A stretch of DNA of 64,000 bases from Octopus vulgaris. Its lineage: Eukaryota. Location of the stretch: NCBI GenBank assembly GCA_951406725.2, contig OX597814.1, positions 9,610,001 to 9,674,000 on the forward strand. The letters are read 5' to 3'. Shown one piece after another: positions 12,453 through 27,218 of the stretch. Under the pieces are notes generated by a model, which saw only the letters and a list, made by a program, of their open reading frames with translations, was not told the origin of the DNA and ran no database searches. Position 1 is the stretch's first letter. Each line of letters starts with the position of its first letter. The translations under genes and the position numbers were made by a program.

Positions 12453-13979
12453 ATGTTTTTGTATCTGAAATAAGTGTAAAGGAGGAATGGTCAAGTTGTT
12501 AAAAATAACCAGTCATTGGCATTTAGCAATCGTCAAGCTAGCTGGGAGCCAAAATGCCACTTTTGTTTATAATTTTGCAACTGTAAATGATTTTTGGGCT
12601 TTTAGAAATTGGCCATTTCAAAAAAGAATTGTCTGAATTTCTTTTTATTATTGCTTTGTGCAGGTGTGTGTGTGTGTGTGTGTATGTATATGTATATATA
12701 TATATGAAAGATTTGGTTTACAAATCCACCCCCTTTTGCTATCTTCATTTCTCCCATGTTTTTCTCTTTCTTAACTCAGTATTACTGAAACTTTGATGAT
12801 ATTTATTTCTTGTCGACCACTCCTAACACTAATGAACTTTGTAAATTTAAACAAGCTGATGCACAGTTTTTATACTATTGACTGTTATGAACATTTTAAC
12901 TTGTCAACATCGAAACTTTTAAACATGTTTTTCTAATTCATCATTCTAAATTTTTACCATTGATAAACAAAAAATATTATTCAATGCTACGGTGAACAAG
13001 CACTACTCCAGTTTCAAGTCCCAGACAAAATCCAACAGTACATCGTTATCTCAGCTTATCAATAAACTAAAGATTGATTCAATTCCTTACACTCTCAAGC
13101 AGTCCATAGTCACCGATGTCAAACAATACAACAGTACAGCAGCTATAATAACAAGTATGATCTCTGCATAGCTCAGGTCTTAGCTATTTTACAATCCATG
13201 AATTGTCTTAGCGAACGCAGCAGTATAATTTTTACCTGCAAACATCGATCACTGTTCATTTTTCGCTGAACAGAATCACCGGAGTCCATTTCATTCTTCT
13301 ATCCAAGATGACAAAGCAATAGGAGCCGGAAATACTTTTTCTTTTTTCAAAATGCAAAAAACATTTACTTAGACGCATCTTGTCTACACAATGGTACACA
13401 TACTTGGGTCATACGAATACGACTTTTTCGAAAATCTGTCAAAGAACAATGAATAAAGAACAGAGGAGTCTGTGCAATCAACAACAAAAACAATACTTTT
13501 TGTATTACTTGAAGAGAACGAAAAAGAAAAAGACAACAAAACCGTGTTCCTGATAAACGAAACATCATTCCCACACATTCGTCAGCAACTAACTAGCTGC
13601 CCTCTCATTATCTCTGCGAAAGTTACTACAATGGTCTTTGATATCTTACTGATTCCAGACCAAATTTTTGTAAAGTTGCTCTCCTTCAACTGCCTTTCTT
13701 TGCTTCTAGACTCTGCACCTAGCGCACATAAATATATGTTTAAAAATAGAATGCAAAGCAGGTGACTCTACGTGGTTACGGAGACTTATTGAAATAGAAG
13801 ACGAATCTCCCTCAAATCACACAATTGTGCCTTTGAGAAGCAAAAATGCTTTGGACGAGGTAGTAATGTTCGTACTGTGCTAAGGTAAATTATAGAATGG
13901 TTAACAGCTGAAAAACCATTGAACAAAAATCTGCATGATCAAAGCTGTCATGAAACATAACCCAAACAATGCATAAGAA

Positions 13980-14041
<62 letters not shown>

Positions 14042-14048
<7 letters not shown>

Positions 14049-14380
14049 TAAATTAGAGACAAAACCACTATTAGGCAAATCAAACAATGAAAAACTTAAC
14101 CCAATACATAAGATTATTTAATTTATATTATTTAAATATATAACAAAATTATAAAAAAAATATAATTAATATCACACTACGATCGTTTCATGGCTGCTAA
14201 CTTCTTCAAATTTTCAAGTCACAGTCATTCATCAGGTGGTTTAAATATTTATCTTGGCGAGGTTTAAACAATGAGTTCATTGTTCAATTTAATATAATAT
14301 AATATAATATTTTACTATAAAATTGGATTCAATCCTAAATCTGATTTTTCCCTGTATGTTTGGATTTATTCCCTAATATT

Positions 14381-14385
<5 letters not shown>
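14042..14385 (-). mobile_element. Penelope-like end fragment between (TA)n tracts
   Basis: About 340 bp bounded by TA runs; contains a canonical hammerhead. Confidence 0.65.
14175..14238 (-). ncRNA. Type-I hammerhead ribozyme motif, canonical core
   Basis: Reverse complement: cac-CTGATGA-atgactgtgactt...aagttagcagccat-GAAA-cgatc-GTA-gtg; long imperfect stem II, palindromic helix III ACGATCGT, GUA triplet. Confidence 0.8.
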
Positions 14386-14419
<34 letters not shown>

Positions 14420-14420
<1 letters not shown>

Positions 14421-14640
14421 CGGGAAGCTTTATGAAAATAAACAAAAGACGAAGGCAGGTGGAATACAAACAAACAATTGTATTAGTATGGCGCTCAGGA
14501 ATATAAATAAAACAAGTCTTTTACGTTTCGAGCCCACGCTCTTCAACAGAAAGATACACAGAAAAGAAACACGGAGAGAAACAAGGAGAGAAACAAGGAG
14601 AGAAAAAAATGCGTGCAGAAGCTAGCGAATCAACATGGCG
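14420..14640 (-). mobile_element. Penelope-like end fragment between (TA)n tracts
   Basis: Bounded by TA runs; homologous to 30733-30890. Confidence 0.7.
14517..14554 (-). ncRNA. Minimal hammerhead ribozyme motif, A6U variant
   Basis: Reverse complement: tcttt-CTGTTGA-a-gagc(gtgg)gctc-GAAA-c-GTA-aaaga; 5-bp stem I, 4-bp stem II, helix III palindrome ACGT. Confidence 0.72.
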
Positions 14641-14866
14641 ATATATATATAATAGAAATACTGTATACATTTAAACACATAAGAAGCATCTTGCACGCTA
14701 GAGAGAACAGTTAAATTTCAAACCACTATTAGGGATAACATTTCGAAGGGAATGAAAAATAAAAACATCTAACTTCTGGACCAATGGTTTCAGACATTAA
14801 GCCACTGGTAATGGAAATTTCTAATATTTCTGATTACGCTTTGATATTATTAATTATATATATATA

Positions 14867-15375
14867 CCGTAAATCCTCGAGTATAATCCGCATTTTCCCC
14901 CCAAAATTTAAAGGTCAAAATCCCTAGTGCGTACTATATATGATGTTAAAAATGAAAAATATTTTCTAAGCAATGTCCGAGTCTCTATTTGCTGTCCAGC
15001 AATGTTTATTCAGACGCATTTTCTGATGTCAGGCGCGAAAATACCTTCAGCTAAGCCTGAAAGCAATGAAGTCAGAAAAGAATTATCCATAACTTGCAGT
15101 AAGCAACATTTATTAAACGTTATTAGTGTTATTTCTTTATTTTCTGCAAACAAAATGCACAAAAAAGCTACACGTTTGCATTATGTTATATATACAATAA
15201 TAATAAAGGACGTTGCTGTATACAGTTTTACAAACCAAGGACGTTATAATAACCTCCTTGACTCAAGTTAAAGAAGGGGTGCGTATTATACACAAGGTTT
15301 AGGTTTTTCAGAGGTACAGCCCCTAAAAATCCCCTGCGTAATATACTCAAGGGCGGACTATACTCGAGGATTTAC

Positions 15376-15377
<2 letters not shown>
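14867..15377. mobile_element. MITE, Tc1/mariner superfamily (pogo/Tc2-like)
   Basis: Perfect TIRs CCGTAAATCCTCGAGTATA / TATACTCGAGGATTTACGG, TA on both flanks, subterminal TGCGTAnTATA repeats, no coding capacity. Confidence 0.92.
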
Positions 15378-15425
<48 letters not shown>

Positions 15426-15821
15426 CCACTAGGAAATTCAGAATTGCTTCCCTTGTCTATTTTTACCTCCCGCAACTGACAGTCATAACTGCAAACTCAA
15501 CATAGACAGAATTTTACTTCACAACATTTTCTTTAAACTTTATATAAGAACAGATTAGTAAGGTGAAATGCACTCTTCTTTTAATCCAATCTAGATAAAA
15601 ATTGATACTTGAAAACATCTAGTAACTATTGTTGTTAGCTTTCAGAAAATAATTGTTTTTCTATATTTGGAGAGCAAAGACTATTTCATTACATTCATAA
15701 CTGGAAAGCAAGGAGCAACAAGACAGCTAAAATACATCATTAATAACACACACACACACACAAACACACACGCACACAAAAAAAACACACACGCACACAA
15801 ATGTATGCATGTATGAGTGTG

Positions 15822-15865
<44 letters not shown>

Positions 15866-16142
15866 TATATATATATATTTACACACACACACACACACAC
15901 TATCTATCTATCTATCTATCTATATACATATATTACACACACGTGTCCTTGTACGTACTTCTGCATACTTTTGTACTAGGGAAAGCGTACACATATAAGC
16001 ATTGCTGCATTCTTACATATATTTAACTAAATAAGAGAGAGAAAGAGGAAGGAGAAAGAGAGAGAAAGAGAGGGGGTGGAGAAAGAGAAGGGGAGACATA
16101 GCATTGGAAGATAAGATATAAGAAATACATTTGTGTATGTGT

Positions 16143-16181
<39 letters not shown>

Positions 16182-16289
16182 ATACAAACACATATACATA
16201 TATGTATAGAGAGACATATACATACGTACATACACACACACATATATACATACATATATATATGTATATACATAGTGCATACATACATT

Positions 16290-16339
<50 letters not shown>

Positions 16340-16444
16340 CATGTATGTATGTATGCATGTATATGTATATATATATATATACATAGATAGATAGATAGAT
16401 AAATGCACATAGATATATATCCATTTATACGTATGTATGTATGC

Positions 16445-16482
<38 letters not shown>

Positions 16483-17102
16483 GCGCACAGGCAGAAATAC
16501 TTTTACGTATATCTATCTAGCGATTGAACTTATAGATACACAAGCATTCACATATATACGAAATATATGTGAACGCTTTTGTATATATATACACACATTT
16601 TCATGCACACACACATATATATGTGTATTTATACACGCATGTAGGCACACACATACGCGCACGCACGCACACACACACACACACACACACACAAGGACTC
16701 ATACACGCATACACTCATATATGCATGCTTTAAGACATAACCAAAACGTGAACGTTGCATTGTTTTAAACTTTGACCTGGAAAGGTCGTCCAGAAGTGAG
16801 ATCATATTTTACGCTAAATAAAGGCGGCTTTAAATTTTCCTTCTTGTCAATATTTAAAATGAAAACTGACTACAAATGATAGCATAGGTAGAAACCTCGC
16901 CGTACAACCGAACACAAATCATCGAAGCCACGGTGTAAGCTGGCAAAGCGGAGGTCAAGCCCGCCATGTTTCTGTTTTATCGAATAGAAATCGAGAGGAA
17001 GCATGCACTCCGCCACACAGAATAATAATACAATTACCGATACGTATTGCCGATGATAAAAATATGATTAAAATGTTAAGGAATCTGAACCCTTACCATC
17101 TT

Positions 17103-17745
17103 TGTTGTTGCTGTTGTTGTTGTTGTTATACGTCATTTTCTTCTTCTTCTTCTTCTTCTTCTTCTTCTTCTTCTTCTTCTTCTTCTTCTTCTTCTTCTTC
17201 TTCTTCTTCTTCTTCTTTTTCTTCTTCTTTTTCTTTTTCTTCCTCTTCTTTTTCTTCTTCTTCTTCTTCTTCTTCTTCTTCTCCTGTTGTTTTCATTGTT
17301 GTTATTCCTCTTCCTCCTGCTCCTCCTCTCCTTCTCCTCCCTTGTTGTTGTTGTTGTTGTTCTTCTTCTTCTTCTTCTTCTTCTTCTTCTTCTTCTTCTT
17401 CTTCTTCTTCTTCTTCTTCTTCTTCTTCTCCTGTTGTTTTCATTGTTGTTATTCCTCTTCCTCCTGCTCCTCCTCTCCTTCTCCTCCCTTGTTGTTGTTG
17501 TTGTTGTTCTTCTTCTTCTTCTTCTTCTTCTTCTTCTTCTTCTTCTTCTTCTTCTTCTTCTTCTTTTTCTTCTTCTTCTTCTTCTTCTTCTTCTTCTTCT
17601 TCTTCTTCTCCTGTTGTTTTCATTGTTGTTATTCCTCTTCCTCCTGCTCCTCCTCTCCTTCTCCTCCCTTGTTGTTGTTGTTGTTGTTGTTGTTGTTCTT
17701 CTTCTTCTTCTTCTTCTTCTCCTCCTCCCCCTCCTCCTCCTTTTT
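17103..17745. repeat. Three-unit composite minisatellite: (TTG)n(TTC)n plus a 60-bp spacer
   Basis: Identical spacer CTCCTGTTGTTTTCATTGTTGTTATTCCTCTTCCTCCTGCTCC... at 17281, 17428 and 17608. Confidence 0.92.
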
Positions 17746-19821
17746 TTATTCCTTTCTCACCTTTCTTCTCTTTTCTTCTCCTCACCGTGTATTCCATTCG
17801 TTTGTTTATTTCCTTCCACAAAAATGAAGACAACCCCGCTCCACCAACTCCCCGCCAAAAAACAAACAAACAAAAAACAAACAAGGAAAGCGGAAAAGAA
17901 AAGAAAACAAATGTAAATGACAAAAATAGAATGTCAGAAAGAAAATAAGGAAAATAATAATAATAAAAAAAAAGGAATGAAACAACCATTGCGATAGCGA
18001 AGACAACGACGACGAATGCGATAGTGATAATTCAGACGAGTCATAAAAGTGAAGTTTTAACAACGCAACAACAATAACAACACCAATAGCAACAGGAATG
18101 TCAGCCAACAGAATCTATAAGAATAATAATGACGACTGTTGCAACAACAAATCTTACCACCATCACATTCAATGTCATTACTGCTACCACTACAATAAGA
18201 AACACAAAAATCAGTTACTTCCTCCAGCAGCTTGTCTCTTCTTTAATTTTTAGTTGAATGAAATTTTTGGAGTTCACTCCCTTGGTCTTCTGAAAACAAA
18301 TTTTCATTAACGCTAGCAACTATCATTTCTTTTTCTCTCAGTTGGGTTATTTATATATCATTTTCGGCTCAGTTTCTCAAGCATGGTAGCCAACTCCTAA
18401 CTATATGATCTTCAAGCAGAAGGGAAATTTTCCAGTGCTCGGGAAATTTTCTAGTGCTAGCAATATTTTTGTAGCAATGTTCCAACTTCTCAACAAAGAA
18501 GCCAAGTTAAATGCTATAAACTCGTAAGATCAGAACGAAAGTGTTAATATAGAAATATTGGGATTATACGATAGCAGGAGAAAGATATAGAAAGAAGTTA
18601 TTCGTTTCTGGACTCCAGGTTTGCTTGATATAACAAACATAGAATCAGAGACGTACGTTTCAGCCGTGACTATACTGTATTTCTGTTTGCGGCATGGTAT
18701 GTTCAAGATTGCAATACTCAATGTGTTCTAATCTTTTTAAAGATACGTAGAGTGTAAATTGATAGACATTGGTTGCTATTTCTTGGATAGTGAACGTCCA
18801 CCTAGAGGTCTCCCTCACTGACTCATTTGGAAAGATTTAGGAAAGACATACGAATATCTATTTGTATGATAATAATTGAAAAACTGCACTTCATTCCGAG
18901 GTCTCCTTATGTCTGTGAGATCATAGATCATGGAAAATTCTTCTTCAATCACAAGCCAAGAAAGAATTATTTAATAGTAGATAAGCAGTTATGCACACAT
19001 GCATGCCTCTCTTCTCCGTAACGTTAATGTTGTCCAAAAGCTTTGAACTTGTATGAGCACGTCTAGGCTGATTGTTGTTCGTTTTTGAAGATCAACAAAA
19101 CTTCACCTCTTATACGCCGTGGTGACGAAGAGTGCAACTGCGCAGGGGACTGGAAATTCATGACCGATTCCCTTCATACTATACCTTCCGTGCAATAAAA
19201 CTACGAAAGTGTCGATATTTCATTATCGCCGATACGCTTGATTCCACGACTGCCACAATGAAAAATCCACCATCTACTTGTGGGTTGAAAAAAGTTCGAA
19301 TCCTGGCTTATTCAGAACTAGGAGATAGAAAACCAATATATATTCAATACAATTACATCTACACACTTAAATTGACTGTAGGAAATATAGATCTTGTTGG
19401 TTACTCAGAGATTACAAAAACACACCTGTGCTGATGAAAATATTCACAGTGGACGCAGAGTGCATTGAACTAACTCCACTTTGTGAAAATCCTTCTCTGG
19501 CTAACAATGGCCACAACCCTTGGCTGAAACCAATCAAAATCATAGAAAAAGGAAAGAATCGACAAAACCGGAAGACAAAACATTTTCGAGCGAATACTGA
19601 GGACTCCAATTTAACTTACCAGTAATGAGGTATGTATAATTTCTCGGATATGATTTCAAACGGTATCCAGTATTGGGACCCTTGTTCGAGAGTAACAGAG
19701 TTCTGAGGAATGCAGAACCACCTCTTAGCCACTATTTTACTCAGAGCTACTCTAACTCAGAGTAGTAGCATCTGTCAAAGTCCAAGCTATGGGATACACA
19801 GCAAGTCAGTCGGACAAATAG

Positions 19822-20430
19822 AGCTCGTTAGCCTGGGTTGGTTGGTGGGTGGGTAACCCAACCCTGATTCCAGACCTCCACAGCCTTGCGATCACACCCA
19901 GTCATAGGAAAGGCTTCGGGTGTTAACCCTGAGGAAAAGCCATGTGTCGAAACCCTTGAGGTAGTTCGATGTAGTCTACAACCTCGTTCTGGCAACTTCT
20001 GTGATGGCAGTGATGCCAAATTGTAACGGCTGTGTTCTTGTTTTGGATCCGTCAGCGACGTAGTGAGGGAGGACACGCTGTAGGAGCAACATCCTGCCCT
20101 CTATATCATACTGCCCGGACTTGAACCCCATCAAATACCCTATATTGGAGAGACAGAAGAGAACACTACACATGAGAACGTACCAGGATAGCCCACGAAC
20201 GGAGCTTGTGTGGCAGGGATTGCCATTCGTGCATCGGGCTGTTTAGCCACAGACAATGCTGTTCCACTGGGGCGACAATTAGGACTTCATCCATGGTCGG
20301 TCATTACTGTCAGACGGAAGCCAAAGACGTATTCGAAACAGGAAAGGTGCAGTGTAATTAAGAGGCTACCCACCAGAAATAACAGACTGGGCCGAGCCAC
20401 ATTCAAGCTCAATGGAAAGAAGTTCTTGAT
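19822..20430 (+). mobile_element. Probable RTE-clade LINE 5' UTR and decayed ORF start
   Basis: GC-richer block with ACCTCCACAGCCTTGCG...GGAAAGGCTTCGGG...AACCCTGAGGAAAA, resembling RTE 5' UTRs (from memory); no intact ORF. Confidence 0.45.
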
Positions 20431-20499
20431 AATCCCTCCCTCCCTCTGTTCGTCTGTCCTCTGTTTTTCTGTCTCTTTGTGTCTGCCTGTCCGTCTGTC

Positions 20500-20634
<135 letters not shown>

Positions 20635-20877
20635 GTCAGACTGAGTTCTGCCTGCCTATCTGTCTGTCTGTCTAAATGTCGACCTACATGCAAGTGTATG
20701 TATGTACGTACGTATGTTTGTATGTATGTATGCATGTACCTATCTATCTATTCTTTCTCTTCCTCTCTCACCCTTTCCCTTCCACCTCTCTCCTTCCATC
20801 ACTTTCCTCCTCTCTCCCTCCGTCACTCCCTCCCCCTCCCTACACACACATACACGTATAGTATTTATATATTACAC

Positions 20878-20941
<64 letters not shown>

Positions 20942-21539
20942 ATACTCACACGCACGAGAGTATATATATATGTATATGTATACGATTCAAATGCATGGTG
21001 CCTAAATTATAAATTAAAACACACAAATTATGTGATATCGTGTATGAGCAAGAATATTATTTGATTTTGTTAGAATAATATTTACCTTTATTAAACACAC
21101 ACATTAGCAAATTCATTACTCATTTGGTTCTTTTATTCTCCTAATAGTATCACACTCTTTTGTCGTACATCTAAAACCTTGTCAATAACATTCTAATTCC
21201 ACACAAATCTATCTGGAAACGTTAAGCAACATTAATGATTACGAAAATAATCATCATTAGCAGCTATTTTTTTTTTTTTTTTTTAGTTTTTCATTTGTTT
21301 AGGCGATAAGATTATTTCTGTAATTATGTCCCTTTACGAATATGTTGTCTGATGTATATTCTGTTGGGAGTGCAATTAACAACAGGTGGCGCTTTATGCT
21401 ACGCTAAATTTGATTGTGAAAGCATTCTCTGGCGAGGAAAATGAAAGCAACAGAAAACGTTTCAATGACAAATGGTTTGCTAAAATATAGTCGCAAATTA
21501 ACAACAGCAGCAGCAGCAGCAATAACATTAATGGTATTA

Positions 21540-21972
<433 letters not shown>

Positions 21973-22088
21973 ACGATATCAGAAATATAAACTAATAATA
22001 TAAATGATTCAGTTCAATTAGACGTACATTTAAATTTCAGTGTAGCATGACTGGACGTGATTCTTTATGTTCAAATGTAACACACACA

Positions 22089-22198
<110 letters not shown>

Positions 22199-23076
22199 CA
22201 CACACACACACGCATATACAACAAACGCGTATAAACACATAGGAACAAATCCGACATATGCACACAAACACACACATACAAAAACACATACACACACGCG
22301 CGTATACACACACTGTATCTACGTATGTGTGGTGTACGCTCACAGACAAGCACAATCTCAAATTTCCATCGTAATACATACACATACTCACCAAAAATAT
22401 ACATAAATAAGAGCAAATACATTGTAGTTAAACGCTCATGATTAGTGTCCACACATCTAGACATAACATACGCAGGCATCTACGCACATATATAGAAATC
22501 CAAGTATGAATACATAGATATACCTACATATGAGTATACATACATGTATATATGCATATATTACTCTTTTAATTCTTTCATTCTGTTATTAGTATCAGAC
22601 TATTTCGTCTTACATCTAAAACGTTGTCAGTAACTTTCTAACTTCACACAAATGCATGACAAGGAACAGAAGTCTAAACAATGAAACCAATTGGTTTCTG
22701 TCGCTTCAAATGTGTTCTGACACCGTCGGTGGTGTTTTCTTGCGAAGTGACGTAAACTCGATCGTGTTGGTAGTTGGTCACAACCTACACAGTGCAAAAA
22801 AAAAATAATAATAATAAAACTAAAAAAACTTGTCTGATCAACGAAGACTTTGTCTGTGGCTCACTGTATTACATTCAAGCATTTTTCATCCCTCTGTGAT
22901 GCCGTTTTTGCTCGGTGGCACTTAATAGTGGCTGTTGTCGTCAAATCTTGTTTGGTTTTAGCCTTAAATCCGCTTTCACTATCCTCCTTAACGACCGATC
23001 CGAAATAACTTAATGAAAGTGATTACATTACACTTGTTCTTTTGTCATTTATTAATTGGCATTTGTATGTATACAC

Positions 23077-23128
<52 letters not shown>

Positions 23129-23352
23129 AGTTGTATATATATATATACACAATTTAAAAATAGGATAAAATCTTTATAAGAACTTAGAGGGAAAAAATCC
23201 ACCATTTTTTTTTCACTTAAATATATTTATTTATATTATTTAAAGGGCATTACAGATAACAATAAATGTTCGATGTGTTTATTTATTTTGGTAGTTTTGA
23301 CTTAATGAGTCCCTCCTAGCGTGTGCATTTATGTATAGTAATGTCCTCTCTC

Positions 23353-23405
<53 letters not shown>

Positions 23406-24043
23406 TATATTATGCATATGCTCAGGTATATCTGTTTGAGCGCATTAATTTATTGGTACAGATGAGTAGAATGAGATGGAGAGATAGAGGAGAGGTGGAG
23501 TGAAAAGTCTGGAGATAGTATAAATGAATAAATGATTCTCACATTTGTTTTTTTCTTTCTCCAAATGCAGCTTTCATGTAATTCAGTTTTGTAATTGGCT
23601 GCAATAACGCATTGTAGTTTCTTCACCACATAAACCGATTCTAAAAGTAACTTCAGCAAAAGCTTATTAACTGCTCTAACACGATCACCACCAGCAACCG
23701 CCGCCGCCGCCGCCACCACCACCACCACCACCACCACCACCACCACTTCTGCTACTACTCGCACCAACGCCTTATTCATATCATGCCCTTCTTTTCTAAT
23801 TCCAACCATATCCTCTCTCCTCTTGGCCTTACTCTTTCTCTGCTCCATCAAGCAAAACTTGCTGTTGTCTGGATAATAAAGCTTCAAAAAAACAAAAAAC
23901 AAAACCCTACCATAAACTGAAGAAAGAAAGCAAGAAAAAAAGAAACCTTATTCTACTGAATCCTCATAGGAAATTGCAATATAAGCGTGTATAGTTGTGC
24001 GCATGCATGCATGTGTGTGTGTGTATATATATAAGCATATATA

Positions 24044-24083
<40 letters not shown>

Positions 24084-24347
24084 TGTGTGTGTCTGTGTGC
24101 CGTAGGGTGAGTGAGGAGATGGGTGCTGATGTAAATCGCTGTTATTATCTAGTATTCTTTTCTTCCCTTTTTTCTTATACATATGTATAACTGTAATATA
24201 TAATGCCTACATACATACATACACACATACGTACATACATACGTACATTCATACAAATACACACACACGCATGGATACATAGATATATATACAAACAAAC
24301 ACACACATACAGACATACATACATACAAACACACATACACACATATG

Positions 24348-24410
<63 letters not shown>

Positions 24411-24413
<3 letters not shown>

Positions 24414-24539
24414 TAGATAGATGAATAGACAGATAGGTAGATAGATAAAGAGATACATATGTATGTATGTATATATATATATATATGTGGCTAGATAGAT
24501 AAATAGACATATAGGTAGATAGGTAAAGAGATACATATG

Positions 24540-24579
<40 letters not shown>

Positions 24580-24682
24580 TAGATAGATAAATAGACAGAT
24601 AGGTAGATATATAAAGAGATACATATGTATGTATGTATATATAGGTAGATAGATAAATAGACAGATGGGTAGATAGATAAAG
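24411..24682. repeat. Composite GATA-rich minisatellite, about 4 units
   Basis: Unit AGGTAGATAGATAAATAGACAGATAGGTAGATAGATAAAGAGATACATATGTATGT followed by variable (AT)n. Confidence 0.8.
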
Positions 24683-24969
24683 AGAGGGAGAGGATGGAGA
24701 GAGAGGGAGAGGATGGAGAGAATAGGCGAGGTATAGCAAATAATACAAGCGCAAATATAATAAAGACAGCGATACTTAACGAGCTGTGTAAGATTGAAGA
24801 TGTTCAACAAGAAAGGAATGCTGGAGTTGTTTGAGTGATTGAACAGCATACAGGGATTAATGAAGTATATTTAATCTTTGCATATTTATTGATCACTTAT
24901 TGGCGCATCATTAGACAAATGAAGCACGCCAACGGTATGACTATTGTATGTGTATATACGTGTGTGTGC

Positions 24970-25013
<44 letters not shown>

Positions 25014-25230
25014 GTGTATATATATAAATATGTATGTATGTACGTACGTATGTATGTGTAGAAGCATACCTTTAGAAATATGTATATATGTAAATATATA
25101 TATATATATATATACATATATAAGTATGTACATATGTATGTCTGTATTACGTATATGTGTGTTTTACTGAATACGTATGCACACATGCACAGAAACGTAT
25201 GCACACGTGTATAAGAAATACGCAGACGTG

Positions 25231-25261
<31 letters not shown>

Positions 25262-25403
25262 GAATAGACATACAGGTATACGCATGGATACGCACGTGCA
25301 CACATACGTATACAAATAGTAAAAAAAAATCATAAACTGATCTGGAAACATATACGTATGTATACAAATACTTGTATGCAACTTGAATATAAATCAATTT
25401 CTG

Positions 25404-25488
<85 letters not shown>

Positions 25489-25489
25489 G

Positions 25490-25575
<86 letters not shown>

Positions 25576-25696
25576 CATCTATCTATTTAGAGAGATAGAT
25601 AGATGAATAAATAGATACATAGATATATACATACATGCATACATACATATACGTGTGTTCACACATACGCACACCGCACACACACACACACACATG

Positions 25697-25743
<47 letters not shown>

Positions 25744-25862
25744 CTATATACATACGTATATACATATATATACATACATACATACATATATATATATATA
25801 CATACATACATACATACATACATACATACATACATACATAATACATACATGCATACTTATAC

Positions 25863-25956
<94 letters not shown>

Positions 25957-26285
25957 GGCCCCGAACATTAATATAAGAGAAAAGAAGCACAATTGGGATA
26001 AAATCAAACGAAAAGAGCGAAATACAATACAAGATGGAGGAAATATCGTCGAGTGAAAAAAGAGCGCACTTTACCTTTTCGAAATGAAATGCCACTAACG
26101 TGCGAGAGAAGGCATATTCAAAGCTAATAAACAGACACGGGCAACTAAGCATCCACAAAAGATTGCCAAAGTGAACGGTTGTAGCGCATAACCACGTATA
26201 ACCACATATATACGCTAATGATAATTAATAAGCGTTTACACAATGTAATATAATATGATAATAGAATATATAATGTACTATATAT

Positions 26286-26615
26286 GAAGGCGAATGGTTC
26301 AGTGGTTAGAGCGTCGGGCTCACAATCATGAGCTAGTGTGTTCGATTTCCGGAATGTGCTGTGAGGAGTTTTTTGAGCAAGACTCTTTATTTGACGTTGC
26401 TTCAGTTCACTCAGCGACGTCACTGGCGCCAAGCTGTATCGGCCCTTGCCTTTCCCTTGGGTAACATCAGTGGAGAGGAGGCTCGTTTGCATGGGCGACT
26501 GCTGGTCTTCCCCCCCCCCCCCCACCCCCCACTTTATCTGGACTTGTACCTCGGTAGGCAACTTTCTAGCCGCAATCTCATGGTCATTCATGACCGAAGG
26601 GGGCCTTTACCCCTT
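26286..26615 (+). mobile_element. tRNA-derived SINE, family B
   Basis: Head GAAGGCGAATGGTTCAGTGGTTAGAGCG...GTTCGATTTCC, end GACCGAAGGGGGCCTTTACCCCTT; homologous to 29116-29457 and 63548-63894. Confidence 0.88.
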
Positions 26616-26639
26616 ATCCTAATGTAATATAATATATAT

Positions 26640-26840
26640 TCTTTCTAGAAATAAGTACAAGACCTGAAATTTTGCGGGGAGACGTTGAGACAATTACATC
26701 AATCCCAGTGGTCATCTGGTACTTTTTTTCTCGATCCAGAAACGATGGAAGGCGAAGTGGACCCAACAGAATTTGAACGTAGAACGTAAAACCGGAAGAA
26801 ACGCTGCTGGTGCGATAACGATTCTTCCCGCTCACCTCCT
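26640..26840 (-). mobile_element. SINE family C, diverged
   Basis: TTACATCAATCCCAGTG...GGTACT...GATGGAAGGCGAAGTGGACC...AATTTGAAC aligns with family C. Confidence 0.6.
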
Positions 26841-26854
26841 ATATTTTTTATCTC

Positions 26855-27050
26855 CTACTTGTTTCGGTCATTAGACTACGGCCATGATGGAGCACATTCT
26901 TGAGGGTCTAGTCGAACAAATCGACCTCAGTACATAGGTTTTTTGTTTAAAGTCTGGTACATATTCTACTGGTCACTTTTACCGCACCGCAAAGTTACTG
27001 GAACGATAAGAAACCAATACGTCAAGTGGTATTGGGTGAGTAACAAACAC
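26855..27050 (-). mobile_element. SINE family A-related 3' half, diverged
   Basis: TACTTGTTTCGGTCATTAGACTACGGCCATGATGGAGCAC...TAGTCGAACAAATCGACC. Confidence 0.65.
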
Positions 27051-27218
27051 AGGCGCTCATTCAAGCACACTCACGAACCCTTACACAAATATATCTTTAT
27101 ATTTTCAATGTAGTCGTTAGTTATGGCCGGTCAGGAAGTTACCATTGGTTTCGCGTCTATTATTGCTCTTAACAATATAGACGACACAGCAGGCCTGCTG
27201 GCCGGCAGCACACACCCT

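Noticed and set aside
17126-17989. 287-aa Glu/Gln/Gly-rich ORF with three repeats
   Set aside because: Product of the composite minisatellite; open in multiple frames, with no splice or codon evidence.
18645-18700. Minus-strand GAAACGTACGTC palindrome with a gccg/cggc stem
   Set aside because: No recognisable 5' core.
19957-19978. let-7-like TGAGGTAGT
   Set aside because: Only the seed matches, there is no precursor hairpin, and it lies in a probable retroelement.
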